The position numbers were made by a program, and so were the translations under genes. Shown here piece by piece: positions 18,820 to 28,618 of a stretch of DNA of 64,000 bases. The DNA lies in assembly GCA_902793295.1 (NCBI GenBank), contig CADBDA010000009.1, forward strand, positions 13,202-77,201, given 5' to 3'. Every line of letters begins with the position of its first letter. Positions within the stretch are counted from its first letter, which is position 1. The notes under the pieces were generated by a model. That model was not told the DNA's origin, ran no database searches, and saw only the letters and a program-made list of their open reading frames with translations. Source of the stretch: an uncultured Bacteroidota bacterium (GTDB taxonomy: Bacteria > Bacteroidota > Bacteroidia > Bacteroidales > P3).

Positions 18820-19862
18820 TGCTGCGGTTCCTCACGTTTTTGTCCGGCCAGCAGACCGCAGGCAGCCATGATATCTTCACCACGCGAGGTGCGGATGGTA
18901 CAGGTGACACCATGGTTTTCCAGATAGTCACGGAAAGTGGTCATGGCATGTTCGTCGGCACAACGATAGGGGACGTCGGGCGATGCGTGGAAACGTATCA
19001 GATTGACCCGGCAATGCAGTCCGCGAGTCACTTTCACCAACTCGGCGGCATGGTTCAAATCGTCGTTGACACCCTTGAACATGGTATATTCGAACGAGAT
19101 GCGGCGTTGGCCGTACCAGTTGTACTGCTTCAGCAGGTCGATGACACCGGCGATGGGATAGGCCTTCTGCATGGGCATCATTTCGGCCCGCTCGTTGGGG
19201 AAGGCATTGTGCAGGCTGACGGCCACATGGCATTGGGTCTCGTCCAGCAGACGTTTGAGCATGGGGGTGATGCCCACCGTCGACACAGTGAGACGATGGG
19301 GACTCCATCCCAAACCCCAATCGGCAGTCAGCGCCTCGAGGGTCTGCTTGATGGCGTCGAAATTGTCCAACGGCTCGCCCATGCCCATAAAGACGATATT
19401 GGTCAGAAGGGAGCTCTCTTCGATAGAGAATATCTGGTTCAGTATGTCGGCGGCGGTTAGGTTGCCATGGAAGCCCTGCTGTCCGGTGACACAAAAGCGG
19501 CAACCCATCTTGCAGCCCCGTTGGCACGAAACGCAGAGCGTGGCCCGATCGTCGGCGGGGATGTATACTGCCTCCACGTATTTCGATTGGTGATTCTGGC
19601 TGTCCGTATCTTGTATTTCGAAGAGGTACTTCTTGGTGCCGTCGACCGACTGCTGGCAGTCGACCGCAGCGCTACGACCCACGACGGCAATCTCGTTAAG
19701 CCGCGCACGGATTTTGAGCGACAGGTTGGTCATGGAGTCGAAATTGTCGACCCGCTTGTTGTACATCCAGTCGCAGAGCTGCTTGGCAGTGAATTTGGGG
19801 AAGCCCTCTTTCAGGCAGAGGTCCTGCAGCTGGCTTAGCGAAAGTCCTAGAAGGGTGGTCAT
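18816..19862 (-). CDS. rlmN: 23S rRNA/tRNA (adenine-C2)-methyltransferase, radical SAM
   Basis: Radical-SAM motif CKMGCRFCVTG and the C-terminal ...CGLLAG motif typical of RlmN. Confidence 0.9.
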   Translation of the reverse strand: MTTLLGLSLSQLQDLCLKEGFPKFTAKQLCDWMYNKRVDNFDSMTNLSLKIRARLNEIAVVGRSAAVDCQQSVDGTKKYLFEIQDTDSQNHQSKYVEAVYIPADDRATLCVSCQRGCKMGCRFCVTGQQGFHGNLTAADILNQIFSIEESSLLTNIVFMGMGEPLDNFDAIKQTLEALTADWGLGWSPHRLTVSTVGITPMLKRLLDETQCHVAVSLHNAFPNERAEMMPMQKAYPIAGVIDLLKQYNWYGQRRISFEYTMFKGVNDDLNHAAELVKVTRGLHCRVNLIRFHASPDVPYRCADEHAMTTFRDYLENHGVTCTIRTSRGEDIMAACGLLAGQKREEPQQ

Positions 19863-20044
19863 GAGTCTTGACTTTTAAGTGTTAGTTGTTGTTGCTTGCC
19901 TGTCGCCACACGGTTCCGACACAATGCCTGTCCGCCTTGAAAGGTAGTTGGATACGCACATGTTGTCGGCTTTGTTCAGACGCGGAATCTTTAGCTCCCG
20001 CCTGCATTGGGAATGACGGTTCGTGGCGATTGTTTTTTTGCGGA

Positions 20045-22381
20045 TTACCATACCATGTTGGTCGGCTCGCTGGCGGTGGTGGCTTCGCCGGATTCCTCAA
20101 GGATCTCCTGCTGGTAGACGCTCTCGTCCCACATGAGTTCCTCATCGGAGATGTTGGGTCTGCTGAAGTCGCCACGGTAGAAGTTGAGGTGCTTGTCATC
20201 GTAGATACCGCGCATGTAATGGCCGAAAATAGGCAAGGCCATGCGGGCACCCTGTCCGTACTGCATGCTGCGGAAGTGGATGGATCGCAGTTCGCCGCCG
20301 GTCCAGACGACGGTGGTCAGCTTGGGGGTGATGCCCACAAACCAGCAATCGGAGTTGTTCTGCGTAGTACCTGTTTTGCCCGCCATGGGATAGGAAAGTC
20401 TGAACTGCGAGCCACGCAGGCGCGAGCCTGTACCGCTATCAACTACACCTTTCATCATCTGGATCATCATCCAAGCGATACGGGGGCTGATGGCCTCCCG
20501 ACGTTCGGGGGTGAACGATTCCAGCACCTTGCCCTTGTTGTCCTCAATGCGGGTGATGAAGATGGGCTGCACATATTCGCCCTGGTTGGCAAAGGTGGAC
20601 ATGGCGCCGGTCATCTCGTACACCGTTATTTCGGCAGCGCCCACACAAATGGCGGGAACCGGGTCAATAGGACTGGTCACTCCCATTTTGCGAGCAATGT
20701 CGATGACCATATTAGGACCATTGCTGCCACCCGCTTTCATAAGGTAGGCCGACACCCAGTTGACCGAGTTGGCTAACGCCCACTTGAGGGTGACCATCTC
20801 GCCCTCGCGGGCGTGACCGGAATTGCGGGGACACCAGTTGCCGATGCATACCTCGGTGTTGGGCACCAAGGTGTAGGGATTCATATCCAGATCCTGAAGC
20901 GCCATGGTATAGACAAAGGGTTTGAAGGTGGAACCCACCTGACGACGGCTCTGCATCACGTTGTCGTATTTGAAGTGCCGATAATTGATACCACCCACAT
21001 AGGCCTTCACGTGACCCGTACCTGTTTCGACCGACATGAGGCCTGCATTGAGGAACTTCTTGACATAGAGCAACGAATCCCATGGGGTCATCACGGTATC
21101 GCGTTGGCCGTTCCAAGAGAAGACGCTCATGCGCACCTTGTCCTCCTTGAAGTGGCGTTTGATTTCGCTTTCCGACATGCCATCCTGTCTCATCTGGTAA
21201 TAGCGGTCGGAGGCTTTCATGGCCTGCGTCAGGAAGAATTCCTCCTGTTCTTTGGACAGATGGTTGAAGGGGTCGCCGCCACGGCGTTCCAGCTCCTTGA
21301 AGAAGGCCGGCTGGATCACCTCGCGCATGTGCTTTTCGACAGCCTTCTCGGCATAGATCTGCATACGCGAGTCGATGGTGGTGTAGATGCGCAGGCCGTC
21401 TTTGTGGACGTCGTAGTAGTTGCCGTCGGGTTTCTTATGGCTGGAGCACCAGTCCTTCATATAGTTGCGAACATATTCGCGCAGATAGGGGGCGGTGCCG
21501 TCGTTGTGGCTGATGGGATGGTAATGGGCCATGTTGATGGGCTTGGCCTTGAATTGCTCAAAGTCCTCGTCGCTCAGATATTTCTCGCCGGTCACGGGGT
21601 CGCTGTAGCTGTTCATCTGCTGCAGGACGACATTGCGGCGGCGCAGCGAATTGTCGGGATTGAGCACCGGGCTGTAGCTGGTGGGGGCCTTCAGCAGACC
21701 CACCAGTACGGCGGCCTCGTCGACGGTGAGCTCGTAGGGCGCCTTGTCGAAAAAGGTGTGGGCGGCGGTCTCGATGCCGTAGGCATTGCTGCCGAAATCG
21801 ACGGTGTTCAGGTACATGGCCAAAATCTCCTCTTTGGAGTAGTTGTGCTCCAACTTCACGGCCACAATCCACTCCTTGAATTTGGAATAGACGAGGCCCA
21901 GCTTGCTCTTACGCTCTCGCGGAAAGAGGTTCTTGGCCAACTGTTGGGTGATGGTGCTGCCACCACCGCTGCTGCTGTGTCGTCCGACGAGGGTCTTGAA
22001 GAATACGCGGCCCAAACTGCGTGCGTCGATACCGGCATGGTCGTAGAAACGCACATCCTCGGTGGCGACAAGCGCATGGATCAGGTTCATGTTCTTACCG
22101 CCATTGGTGATCTCGGCATAGGTGAGGTTGGAACGGTTCTCGATACCGATATAGCCCAGCAGGACGCCATCTTCTGACCACACCTCGGAGGCTTGGTTGG
22201 AATGGGGGTTTTCAAGCTCCTCAAACGAAGGCATAAAGCCCAGCCATCCCTGCGACAGCATGGTGAAGAAAAGAATGAGACCCACCCAAAAGGAGGCAAA
22301 CACGATCCATACGATACGGATGCCACGCTTGCCGTTGCTTTGGTCCGAAGGTTTTTTCTTGTTATTCTTATATTGTGCCAT
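20045..22381 (-). CDS. mrcA: penicillin-binding protein 1A (bifunctional transglycosylase/transpeptidase)
   Basis: GT51 motifs EDVRFYDHAGID and GGSTITQQLAKN. Transpeptidase motifs STFKP and KTGTT. N-terminal TM anchor. Confidence 0.9.
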   Translation of the reverse strand: MAQYKNNKKKPSDQSNGKRGIRIVWIVFASFWVGLILFFTMLSQGWLGFMPSFEELENPHSNQASEVWSEDGVLLGYIGIENRSNLTYAEITNGGKNMNLIHALVATEDVRFYDHAGIDARSLGRVFFKTLVGRHSSSGGGSTITQQLAKNLFPRERKSKLGLVYSKFKEWIVAVKLEHNYSKEEILAMYLNTVDFGSNAYGIETAAHTFFDKAPYELTVDEAAVLVGLLKAPTSYSPVLNPDNSLRRRNVVLQQMNSYSDPVTGEKYLSDEDFEQFKAKPINMAHYHPISHNDGTAPYLREYVRNYMKDWCSSHKKPDGNYYDVHKDGLRIYTTIDSRMQIYAEKAVEKHMREVIQPAFFKELERRGGDPFNHLSKEQEEFFLTQAMKASDRYYQMRQDGMSESEIKRHFKEDKVRMSVFSWNGQRDTVMTPWDSLLYVKKFLNAGLMSVETGTGHVKAYVGGINYRHFKYDNVMQSRRQVGSTFKPFVYTMALQDLDMNPYTLVPNTEVCIGNWCPRNSGHAREGEMVTLKWALANSVNWVSAYLMKAGGSNGPNMVIDIARKMGVTSPIDPVPAICVGAAEITVYEMTGAMSTFANQGEYVQPIFITRIEDNKGKVLESFTPERREAISPRIAWMMIQMMKGVVDSGTGSRLRGSQFRLSYPMAGKTGTTQNNSDCWFVGITPKLTTVVWTGGELRSIHFRSMQYGQGARMALPIFGHYMRGIYDDKHLNFYRGDFSRPNISDEELMWDESVYQQEILEESGEATTASEPTNMVW

Positions 22382-22601
22382 GAAGGTGATGTGTGTTTTT
22401 TTGAATGGTGAATGGTGTTATTTTTTCTGTTGTTATGCTTGCTGCCGATGGTGGTTCGGGTGGTGTTGAAGCCGGTTCACAACGCTCGTTTACCTTTTTC
22501 GTGTAAGGATGGTCGATGACCGGTCGTTACGCGGACGGTCGTCCGCAAAAAAGAGCATCCGACGCCCTCCCCTCTTCGGCGTGGCGATTCACAACGGCTT
22601 C

Positions 22602-23066
22602 TTACTTGTGTTCGATATGGAGGCCCACATCTTTCACACCGCGAAGCAGGGTGTCGCGCATGGCGTGGCGCAACACGAACTGGTAGCTGCCTCTCTCGGG
22701 GAAACGGAAGTAGCAGAAGGGGTAGCGTCCGTCGACGTAGCGGCCCTGTTCCCTGCCCATCCATTTGCCGTCGGGTGCAGCCAGCTGGAACTCGATATTG
22801 GTGTCCACCGCCACGTCGCCATTGGGGTAGACAGTGGAGAGGAAGAAGTAGATATTGGAATAGGGATAGTCGTTGCGGACACGCACATCGAGGCAGCACA
22901 GGTAGGTCTGAGCGGTGTCGTCCACATCGATGTTATAGACGAGTTTGTCGTCCATATTCCAACCCTGCTCGTCGACACGGCAGGTCTCGTCGTAGAAGAC
23001 TTTGCTGTCGCAGGCGGCAAAGACCAGCAGTCCGATCAACAGGGCGATGAGGGTGTGAGTTTTCAT
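22602..23066 (-). CDS. gldH: gliding-motility/T9SS-associated lipoprotein GldH
   Basis: Lipoprotein signal LLVFAAC and the block W....L.Y...VDD......C.LDVRVRNDYPYSNIYFF. The gene order PSP1-gldH-PBP1A matches my recollection of other Bacteroidota. Confidence 0.75.
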   Translation of the reverse strand: MKTHTLIALLIGLLVFAACDSKVFYDETCRVDEQGWNMDDKLVYNIDVDDTAQTYLCCLDVRVRNDYPYSNIYFFLSTVYPNGDVAVDTNIEFQLAAPDGKWMGREQGRYVDGRYPFCYFRFPERGSYQFVLRHAMRDTLLRGVKDVGLHIEHK

Positions 23067-23161
23067 TGATATGTCGTTATGTTTGATGTTGCTATAGATG
23101 GTGAGGGGTTGCGGAATGATGATGCTTGTTGCGGTCGCTCCGACTGCCCCCTTGGGAGGGT

Positions 23162-24922
23162 TTATTCGCGGCGACGGCGACGGTTGTCGTGACGATGCTC
23201 TTCGGAGTTGTTGCGACGGGGTTCGCGATTGTCAGCCTCGGGGCGGTTGTCGGTGCTCCCCTCGGGACGTGGGGTACGGTTCTTGGGTCCGTTTGGACGC
23301 GGACGGCCGTTGTTGCGCTGACCCTCACGGGGCTCACGGTTGTCCCTAGGTTCACGGTTGTCGCGGGGTTCTCTAGACTCTCTGTTGTCGCGGGGCTCCT
23401 TTCCTTCGCGGGGCTCCTTTCCTTCGCGGGGTTCGCGATGGCGGTCGCGGTTGTTGTTGCGGTCGCGTCCGGGACGACGGTTGTCGCGCTGGGGTTCCTG
23501 CTGGCTGTCGCTGCTGCTGTTGCTGCTGTCGTCGGCAAGCATTCGGATCTCGCGCTCGAAATCGGCGTCGTTCGACTCCTGTGCCAATGCCGCTGTCGAC
23601 ATCAGTTCCTCCTGGTAGTCCTCAAGTTTCTCAGGGTACTGCTGCTGATGGTTCATCTCTATCAGCTTCTTGACGTTCTCGGCGGTGATGGCATAAAGTT
23701 CGCTCTCGCCTTCGTAGGCATACCACATGATGCCGCGGAAGACGTCGGTCTTTTTGTAAAGTGCCAGTCCTTTCTGGAATCGGATGGGGGTGCCGGCCGG
23801 CGGGAATTTTTTGAGGGCGTCGACATAGACCTCATACTCGAAATTCAGACAGCACTTCAGTTTGCCGCACTGTCCGGCCAGCTTCTGCGGGTTGGGGAGG
23901 ATCTGTTGGGTTTTGGCCACACTGGTGGTGACCGACTTGAAATTGGTGAGCCAGGTGCTGCAGCACAATTCGCGGCCGCAGGTGCCGATGCCACCCACCT
24001 TGCCTGCCTCCTGACGCACACCGATCTGCTTCATCTCGATGCGCACATGGAACTGGTCGGCCAGCACCTTGATCAGGTTGCGGAAGTCGACACGGTCGTC
24101 GGCGGTGTAGTAGAAGATGGCCTTCGAGCGGTCGCCCTGGTACTCGACGTCGTTCACCTTCATCACCAATCCCAACTCTTCGGCTATGTGGCGTGTTTTC
24201 TTCAGCGTGTTGTTCTCCTCCTTGATGGCCTCGGCCCAGCGCTCGATGTCGCTTTCCTTGGCGCGGCGGAAGAGTTTTTTGATGGTTTCCGATTCGGGGT
24301 TGACCTTCTTTTTCAGCATCTGTATGCGGCACACTTCGCCGGTCAGGCTGACAATGCCCACATCGTGTCCGGGTATGCCCTCAACGGCCACAATATCGCC
24401 GTCGGTGACGTCGATGCCGTCGGGCAGCCGGTAGAAGTCCTTACGGTTGTTCTTGAAGCGCACCTCCACACAGTCGAAATGCTTCTCGGCAGGACGACGG
24501 ATGCCTTTCATCCAGTTGCAGGAACCCACCTTGCAGCAGCTGCGCAGCTCGATTTCGCTGAGGGGCACATAGGCCGACGGACAGTGGTTGCAGCCGCGCG
24601 AAAGGTAGAGCGGCTCCTTGTAGTCCACCTTCGGCAGTGTGGGGTCGGGTTCAAGGTAGGGATCCATAGCGTTCTCGGCAGGGGCCGCATCGGCGGCGGG
24701 CTGTGCCTCGTCGCTGTCAGTGGTGGTATGGTGGCTGGAGGCGTTGAGACCTCGCTTGATACGCTCCTCTTTACGGCTGCGTATGAAGGCCTCCATCTCC
24801 TCGGCCGATACCACGTCGTCGTCGGTCTCCGGCATCTGGGGCTGCTGGTTCTCGCTGTCGGGCAGCGGTGTTGACGTTTGAGGATCTTTAATCTCTTTAC
24901 TATCTTTGGACTCTTTGTTCAT
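23162..24922 (-). CDS. PSP1 domain protein (RicT/YaaT-like) with long low-complexity N- and C-terminal extensions
   Basis: The core reads VEVRFKNNRKDFY...GDIVAVEG..GHDVGIVSL and CGRELCCSTWL...CGKLKCCLNFE. The C-terminal ~125 aa is an R/D/E/P/N-rich repeat (REPREGKEPREGKEPRDNRESREPRDNREPRDNREPREG...). Confidence 0.8.
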   Translation of the reverse strand: MNKESKDSKEIKDPQTSTPLPDSENQQPQMPETDDDVVSAEEMEAFIRSRKEERIKRGLNASSHHTTTDSDEAQPAADAAPAENAMDPYLEPDPTLPKVDYKEPLYLSRGCNHCPSAYVPLSEIELRSCCKVGSCNWMKGIRRPAEKHFDCVEVRFKNNRKDFYRLPDGIDVTDGDIVAVEGIPGHDVGIVSLTGEVCRIQMLKKKVNPESETIKKLFRRAKESDIERWAEAIKEENNTLKKTRHIAEELGLVMKVNDVEYQGDRSKAIFYYTADDRVDFRNLIKVLADQFHVRIEMKQIGVRQEAGKVGGIGTCGRELCCSTWLTNFKSVTTSVAKTQQILPNPQKLAGQCGKLKCCLNFEYEVYVDALKKFPPAGTPIRFQKGLALYKKTDVFRGIMWYAYEGESELYAITAENVKKLIEMNHQQQYPEKLEDYQEELMSTAALAQESNDADFEREIRMLADDSSNSSSDSQQEPQRDNRRPGRDRNNNRDRHREPREGKEPREGKEPRDNRESREPRDNREPRDNREPREGQRNNGRPRPNGPKNRTPRPEGSTDNRPEADNREPRRNNSEEHRHDNRRRRRE

Positions 24923-24986
24923 TGTTGTTGATTTGATTTTGACGATTGGGGGCGCATAGGGCCCCGGGGTTACCCGTGGGGAGCGG

Positions 24987-26069
24987 TCAACGTTTTTTCA
25001 GTTGTCGGCTGATGGCGAATGAGAGCTCCATCAGGGCTATTTTGGAATAAGCATTGCGTTCTATGGCGTAGATGGCATCGTTGAAAGCCTTGTCCAGGCC
25101 TTCAATGTTGCGCTCGGTGATCATGGTGGGGAAAGAGCTGTTGAACTTGGCGTCGCCGAAGTCTATCTGCATGGGCAGACCCGCATTGTTGCGGAGAAAG
25201 CACTGCCGGAGCGACTCCTGGGCATAGAGCAGGAACTGCTTCTGCTGTTCGCGTCCGTAGGCGGCCAGCGTGTCGACCCATGTGGAGAGTGATAGCATGT
25301 TGAGTTTGAAGAGCTGCCGCATCCATGTGACGTAGAGTTGGGCAAACTGCTCGACGCTCTCCTTGCGCAGCAGCACCTCGCCGGCCCACTGGCCGCCACC
25401 GGCTGTGCTGTGGGGCACCCGCACCAGCTGGGTGCGCGAGATGATGGTGCTCAACATGCGGTCGCTTCGTTCAACGACCAGGACAATCAGCGTATTCGGT
25501 GCCGGTTCCTCCAGATTTTTGAGGATTTTGTTGGCCATCGAAAGGTTCATTTTCTCGGCCATCCATACGATGACCACCTTGAAGGACGACTCGTAGGATT
25601 TGAGACCCAGCACGCGCACCATGTTGTCGGCGTCTTTTTCGCGAATCTGGCCCTGCTTGTTCTCCACAGCAAGAAAATCGTACCAGTCGTCCAGCGATCC
25701 GCATTGCTGGGTTTGGAGCAGAAAATCGCGAAATTCCGTCTGGAATTCGGCCGACGACGGGGAGCTTTTGACGCTGCTGGTAGTGGTGGTCGGGAAGAAG
25801 AAGTGGAGGTCAGGATGGGTCAGTTGCTGGTATTTTTTGCAGCTGGGACATTCGCCGCAGCTGTCAGCTCGGAGGCCGTCAGGACCCGGTTGGGCGTAAT
25901 GTGTCCGATGCTGGCAGTTGAGATATTGTGCATAGGCGATAGCCAACGCCAGCGAGCCCGATGCCGTGTTGCCAAGGAACATCTGGGCATGGCTAACACG
26001 TCCCGAATCAATTATTTCGGTAAGCTGATTTGCTATAACAGACTGGCCTTTAATATCTTTAAACTGCAT
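24987..26069 (-). CDS. holB: DNA polymerase III subunit delta prime
   Basis: N-terminus ...GRVSHAQMFLGNTASGSLALAIAYAQYLNC and Zn-module-like CGECPSCKK, matching the AAA+ clamp-loader family. Confidence 0.8.
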   Translation of the reverse strand: MQFKDIKGQSVIANQLTEIIDSGRVSHAQMFLGNTASGSLALAIAYAQYLNCQHRTHYAQPGPDGLRADSCGECPSCKKYQQLTHPDLHFFFPTTTTSSVKSSPSSAEFQTEFRDFLLQTQQCGSLDDWYDFLAVENKQGQIREKDADNMVRVLGLKSYESSFKVVIVWMAEKMNLSMANKILKNLEEPAPNTLIVLVVERSDRMLSTIISRTQLVRVPHSTAGGGQWAGEVLLRKESVEQFAQLYVTWMRQLFKLNMLSLSTWVDTLAAYGREQQKQFLLYAQESLRQCFLRNNAGLPMQIDFGDAKFNSSFPTMITERNIEGLDKAFNDAIYAIERNAYSKIALMELSFAISRQLKKR

Positions 26070-26512
26070 AATACGCGTAAATTAATCTACAAAGATACGA
26101 AAGTTGGGAGATATGCAAAAATTTTTTTCGCCTGCAGAGCATACGAAGCAACCGAGCCTGTGGCTCTTGGACGACAGCACCGAACGAGCGCAGCAAGCCA
26201 CCCTCCACGATGATGGCTCCACGTAGAAGCGCTTAGCCAATCCGTCAACGGTGGAGAAACCATCGCTATGCTTTTACCACTCACACCATCGACAAACACA
26301 TGTATTTCATTATCTTACATCTCAACCAACACACCCGAATTGCGCTCTCCAATCACCAATTTTGGCGATGTCGCCAACCAAATTTGCCTATTTCTCGGTA
26401 AAAGCGGGTCGGCGCAAGCATGGTATTTTTGCACTCAGAAATACAAACGAATTTTTTGCCATTTTCTGGTTTAAATAATTGGTTGTTATTTAGTTTTATG
26501 AATTAATAATGG

Positions 26513-26544
26513 AAATGGGCATCTCGAGGGATGCCCATTTTTTT
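26513..26544 (+). terminator. rho-independent terminator in a long intergenic region
   Basis: Perfect 11-bp stem aaatgggcatc paired with gatgcccattt, followed by a T7 run. There is no annotated upstream coding gene. Confidence 0.65.
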
Positions 26545-26644
26545 CTCCTCCCCTCTCCTGCTCGACAATAAGAAGCGTCCTTTTCCGTTATTTTTACACT
26601 ACCATTTTCACACTTGGCAACATAAATAATAAAATACCAACCCC

Positions 26645-27853
26645 ATGCAGAATATCGCAAAAATCACCAACGACCTTATCTATGTCGGTGCCAGCGACCG
26701 CCGACTGGCGCTCTTCGAAAATACCTATCCCATCCCCCGCGGTGTGTCCTACAACAGCTACCTGCTGCTGGACGCGAAAACCGTTCTCTTCGACACCACC
26801 GACGCCAGCGTGGCACCGCAGTTTTTCGAGAACGTGGTCGCCGCCCTCAACGGTCGCGGGCTCGACTATGTGGTGGTGCATCACATGGAACCCGACCATG
26901 CGGCATCTCTCATGGACCTCTTGCTGCGCTACCCTGACGCCACTGTGGTCACCACCGCCAAAGCCGCCCAGATGATGGAACAGTTCTTCGGCTCCAAACC
27001 GACCAACATCCAGCTCGTCAAAGAGGGCGACACCCTCAGCACTGGCGCACATACGCTGGTCTTCACAATGGCGCCCATGGTACACTGGCCCGAGGTGATG
27101 ATGACCTACGACAGCACCTCCAAGACGCTCTTCTCCGCCGACGCCTTCGGCACCTTCGGGGCCCTGAGCGGCAATATCTTTGCCGACCAGATGGACTTCG
27201 ATGGCGAATGGCTCGACGATGCCCGCCGCTATTTCACCAATATCGTGGGCAAATATGGCCAGCCTGTACAGGCGGTGCTCAAGAAGGCCGCCGCACTCGA
27301 CATCCAGACGATCTGCCCGCTGCACGGACCTGTGTGGCGAGAAAACCTTGGATGGTTTATTGGCAAGCACGACGTGTGGAGCCGCTACGAACCCGAAGAC
27401 AAGGGCGTGGTGATCATCTACGGCAGCATCTACGGCCACACCGAAGCCGCAGCCCTGCGCATGGGCGCCCTGCTGGCCGAACGTGGCGTGAAAAACATCA
27501 AGGCCTACGACGCCAGCCACACCCACGTCAGCAACCTGATCGGCGAATGCTGGCGCGCCAGCCACATCGTCCTGGCCTGCAGCACCTACAACAACGGCAT
27601 CTTCACACCCGTCGAAAACCTCCTGCACGACCTCAAGGCCCACTGCCTCCAAAATCGCACCTGGGCCCTCATCGAGAACGGATCCTGGGCTCCGCAGAGC
27701 GGCAAGCTGATGCGCGCCATGATTGAGGAGATGAAAGACATGACTGTGCTCGGCGACACCCTTACCCTCAAAAGCGCCATGAAACCCGAGCAGGAGAAAG
27801 AACTCGCCGAACTGGCCGACCTGATTGTTGCTAACCTTAAATTCGAATTATAA
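26645..27853 (+). CDS. flavodiiron protein (metallo-beta-lactamase-like + flavodoxin domains; O2/NO reductase)
   Basis: Diiron motif HHMEPDH and a C-terminal flavodoxin-like segment VVIIYGSIYGHTE. Confidence 0.85.
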   Translation: MQNIAKITNDLIYVGASDRRLALFENTYPIPRGVSYNSYLLLDAKTVLFDTTDASVAPQFFENVVAALNGRGLDYVVVHHMEPDHAASLMDLLLRYPDATVVTTAKAAQMMEQFFGSKPTNIQLVKEGDTLSTGAHTLVFTMAPMVHWPEVMMTYDSTSKTLFSADAFGTFGALSGNIFADQMDFDGEWLDDARRYFTNIVGKYGQPVQAVLKKAAALDIQTICPLHGPVWRENLGWFIGKHDVWSRYEPEDKGVVIIYGSIYGHTEAAALRMGALLAERGVKNIKAYDASHTHVSNLIGECWRASHIVLACSTYNNGIFTPVENLLHDLKAHCLQNRTWALIENGSWAPQSGKLMRAMIEEMKDMTVLGDTLTLKSAMKPEQEKELAELADLIVANLKFEL

Positions 27854-27855
27854 CT

Positions 27856-28488
27856 ATGGACAAACTAAGCAACGACGCTATCACCAAAATAGGCTACGGC
27901 CTCTATGTGCTCATTGCCCGCGAGGGCGAGAAGGACAACGGCTGCATCGTCAATGTGGTGGCACAACTCACCTCGTCGCCCATGCAGATGATGATATCGG
28001 TCAACAAGCAGAACCTGACGCACGACATGATTCTGCGCACGGGCCGTTTCAATGTCTGCTGCCTCACCGAACACACACCGATGAAGGTGTTCCAGCACTT
28101 CGGCTTCCAGAGCGGCCGCGACGTCAACAAGTTCGAGGGCTGCGATGTGGAGATGCGCTCCAGCAACGGACTGCTTTACCTGCCCAAATACACCAACGCC
28201 TACCTCTCGGGCCAGATAAACTATGCCAAGGACCTGGGCACCCACACCCTCTTCATCGCCGACATCACCGAGGCCGTGCACCTGAGCGACGACCCCTCGC
28301 TGACCTACGCCTACTACCAAGAGCATATCAAGCCCAAGCCTGTGTCTGCCGCCCAGCCGTCATCGGGCGGCAAGAAGAAATGGGTCTGCGAGGTATGCGG
28401 CTACGTCTACGAGGGCGACGAGCTCCCCGCCGACTTCATCTGCCCCTGGTGCAAGCACCCCGCCAGCGACTTCAAGCTAATGGAATAG
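27856..28488 (+). CDS. flavin reductase domain fused to C-terminal rubredoxin (high-molecular-weight rubredoxin-like)
   Basis: The N-terminal region is flavin-reductase-like. The C-terminal [27 protein letters not shown] is a rubredoxin CxxC...CxxC motif. The gene starts 2 nt after the FDP stop. Confidence 0.8.
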   Translation: MDKLSNDAITKIGYGLYVLIAREGEKDNGCIVNVVAQLTSSPMQMMISVNKQNLTHDMILRTGRFNVCCLTEHTPMKVFQHFGFQSGRDVNKFEGCDVEMRSSNGLLYLPKYTNAYLSGQINYAKDLGTHTLFIADITEAVHLSDDPSLTYAYYQEHIKPKPVSAAQPSSGGKKKWVCEVCGYVYEGDELPADFICPWCKHPASDFKLME

Positions 28489-28585
28489 TCATTATTGCCT
28501 CTTCTAAAAGTCAATTATTGCTGTGTTTTGATATAAAATAGATACAATTTTTGTGTAAAATCGGCTTTTGTTTATGACAATTTTG

Positions 28586-28593
28586 TATATTTG
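28586..28593 (+). promoter_or_regulatory. -7 box TATATTTG
   Basis: TAnnTTTG match 26 nt upstream of ATG 28619. Confidence 0.5.
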
Positions 28594-28618
28594 CAGCGCG
28601 ATTCAACGATAAAATAAT

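Noticed and set aside
26087-26478. Small ORFs (70, 75 and 68 aa) in the long holB-FDP spacer
   Set aside because: They have no ribosome-binding or promoter context and no motifs, and they overlap one another in different frames. The region is better explained as regulatory or non-coding.
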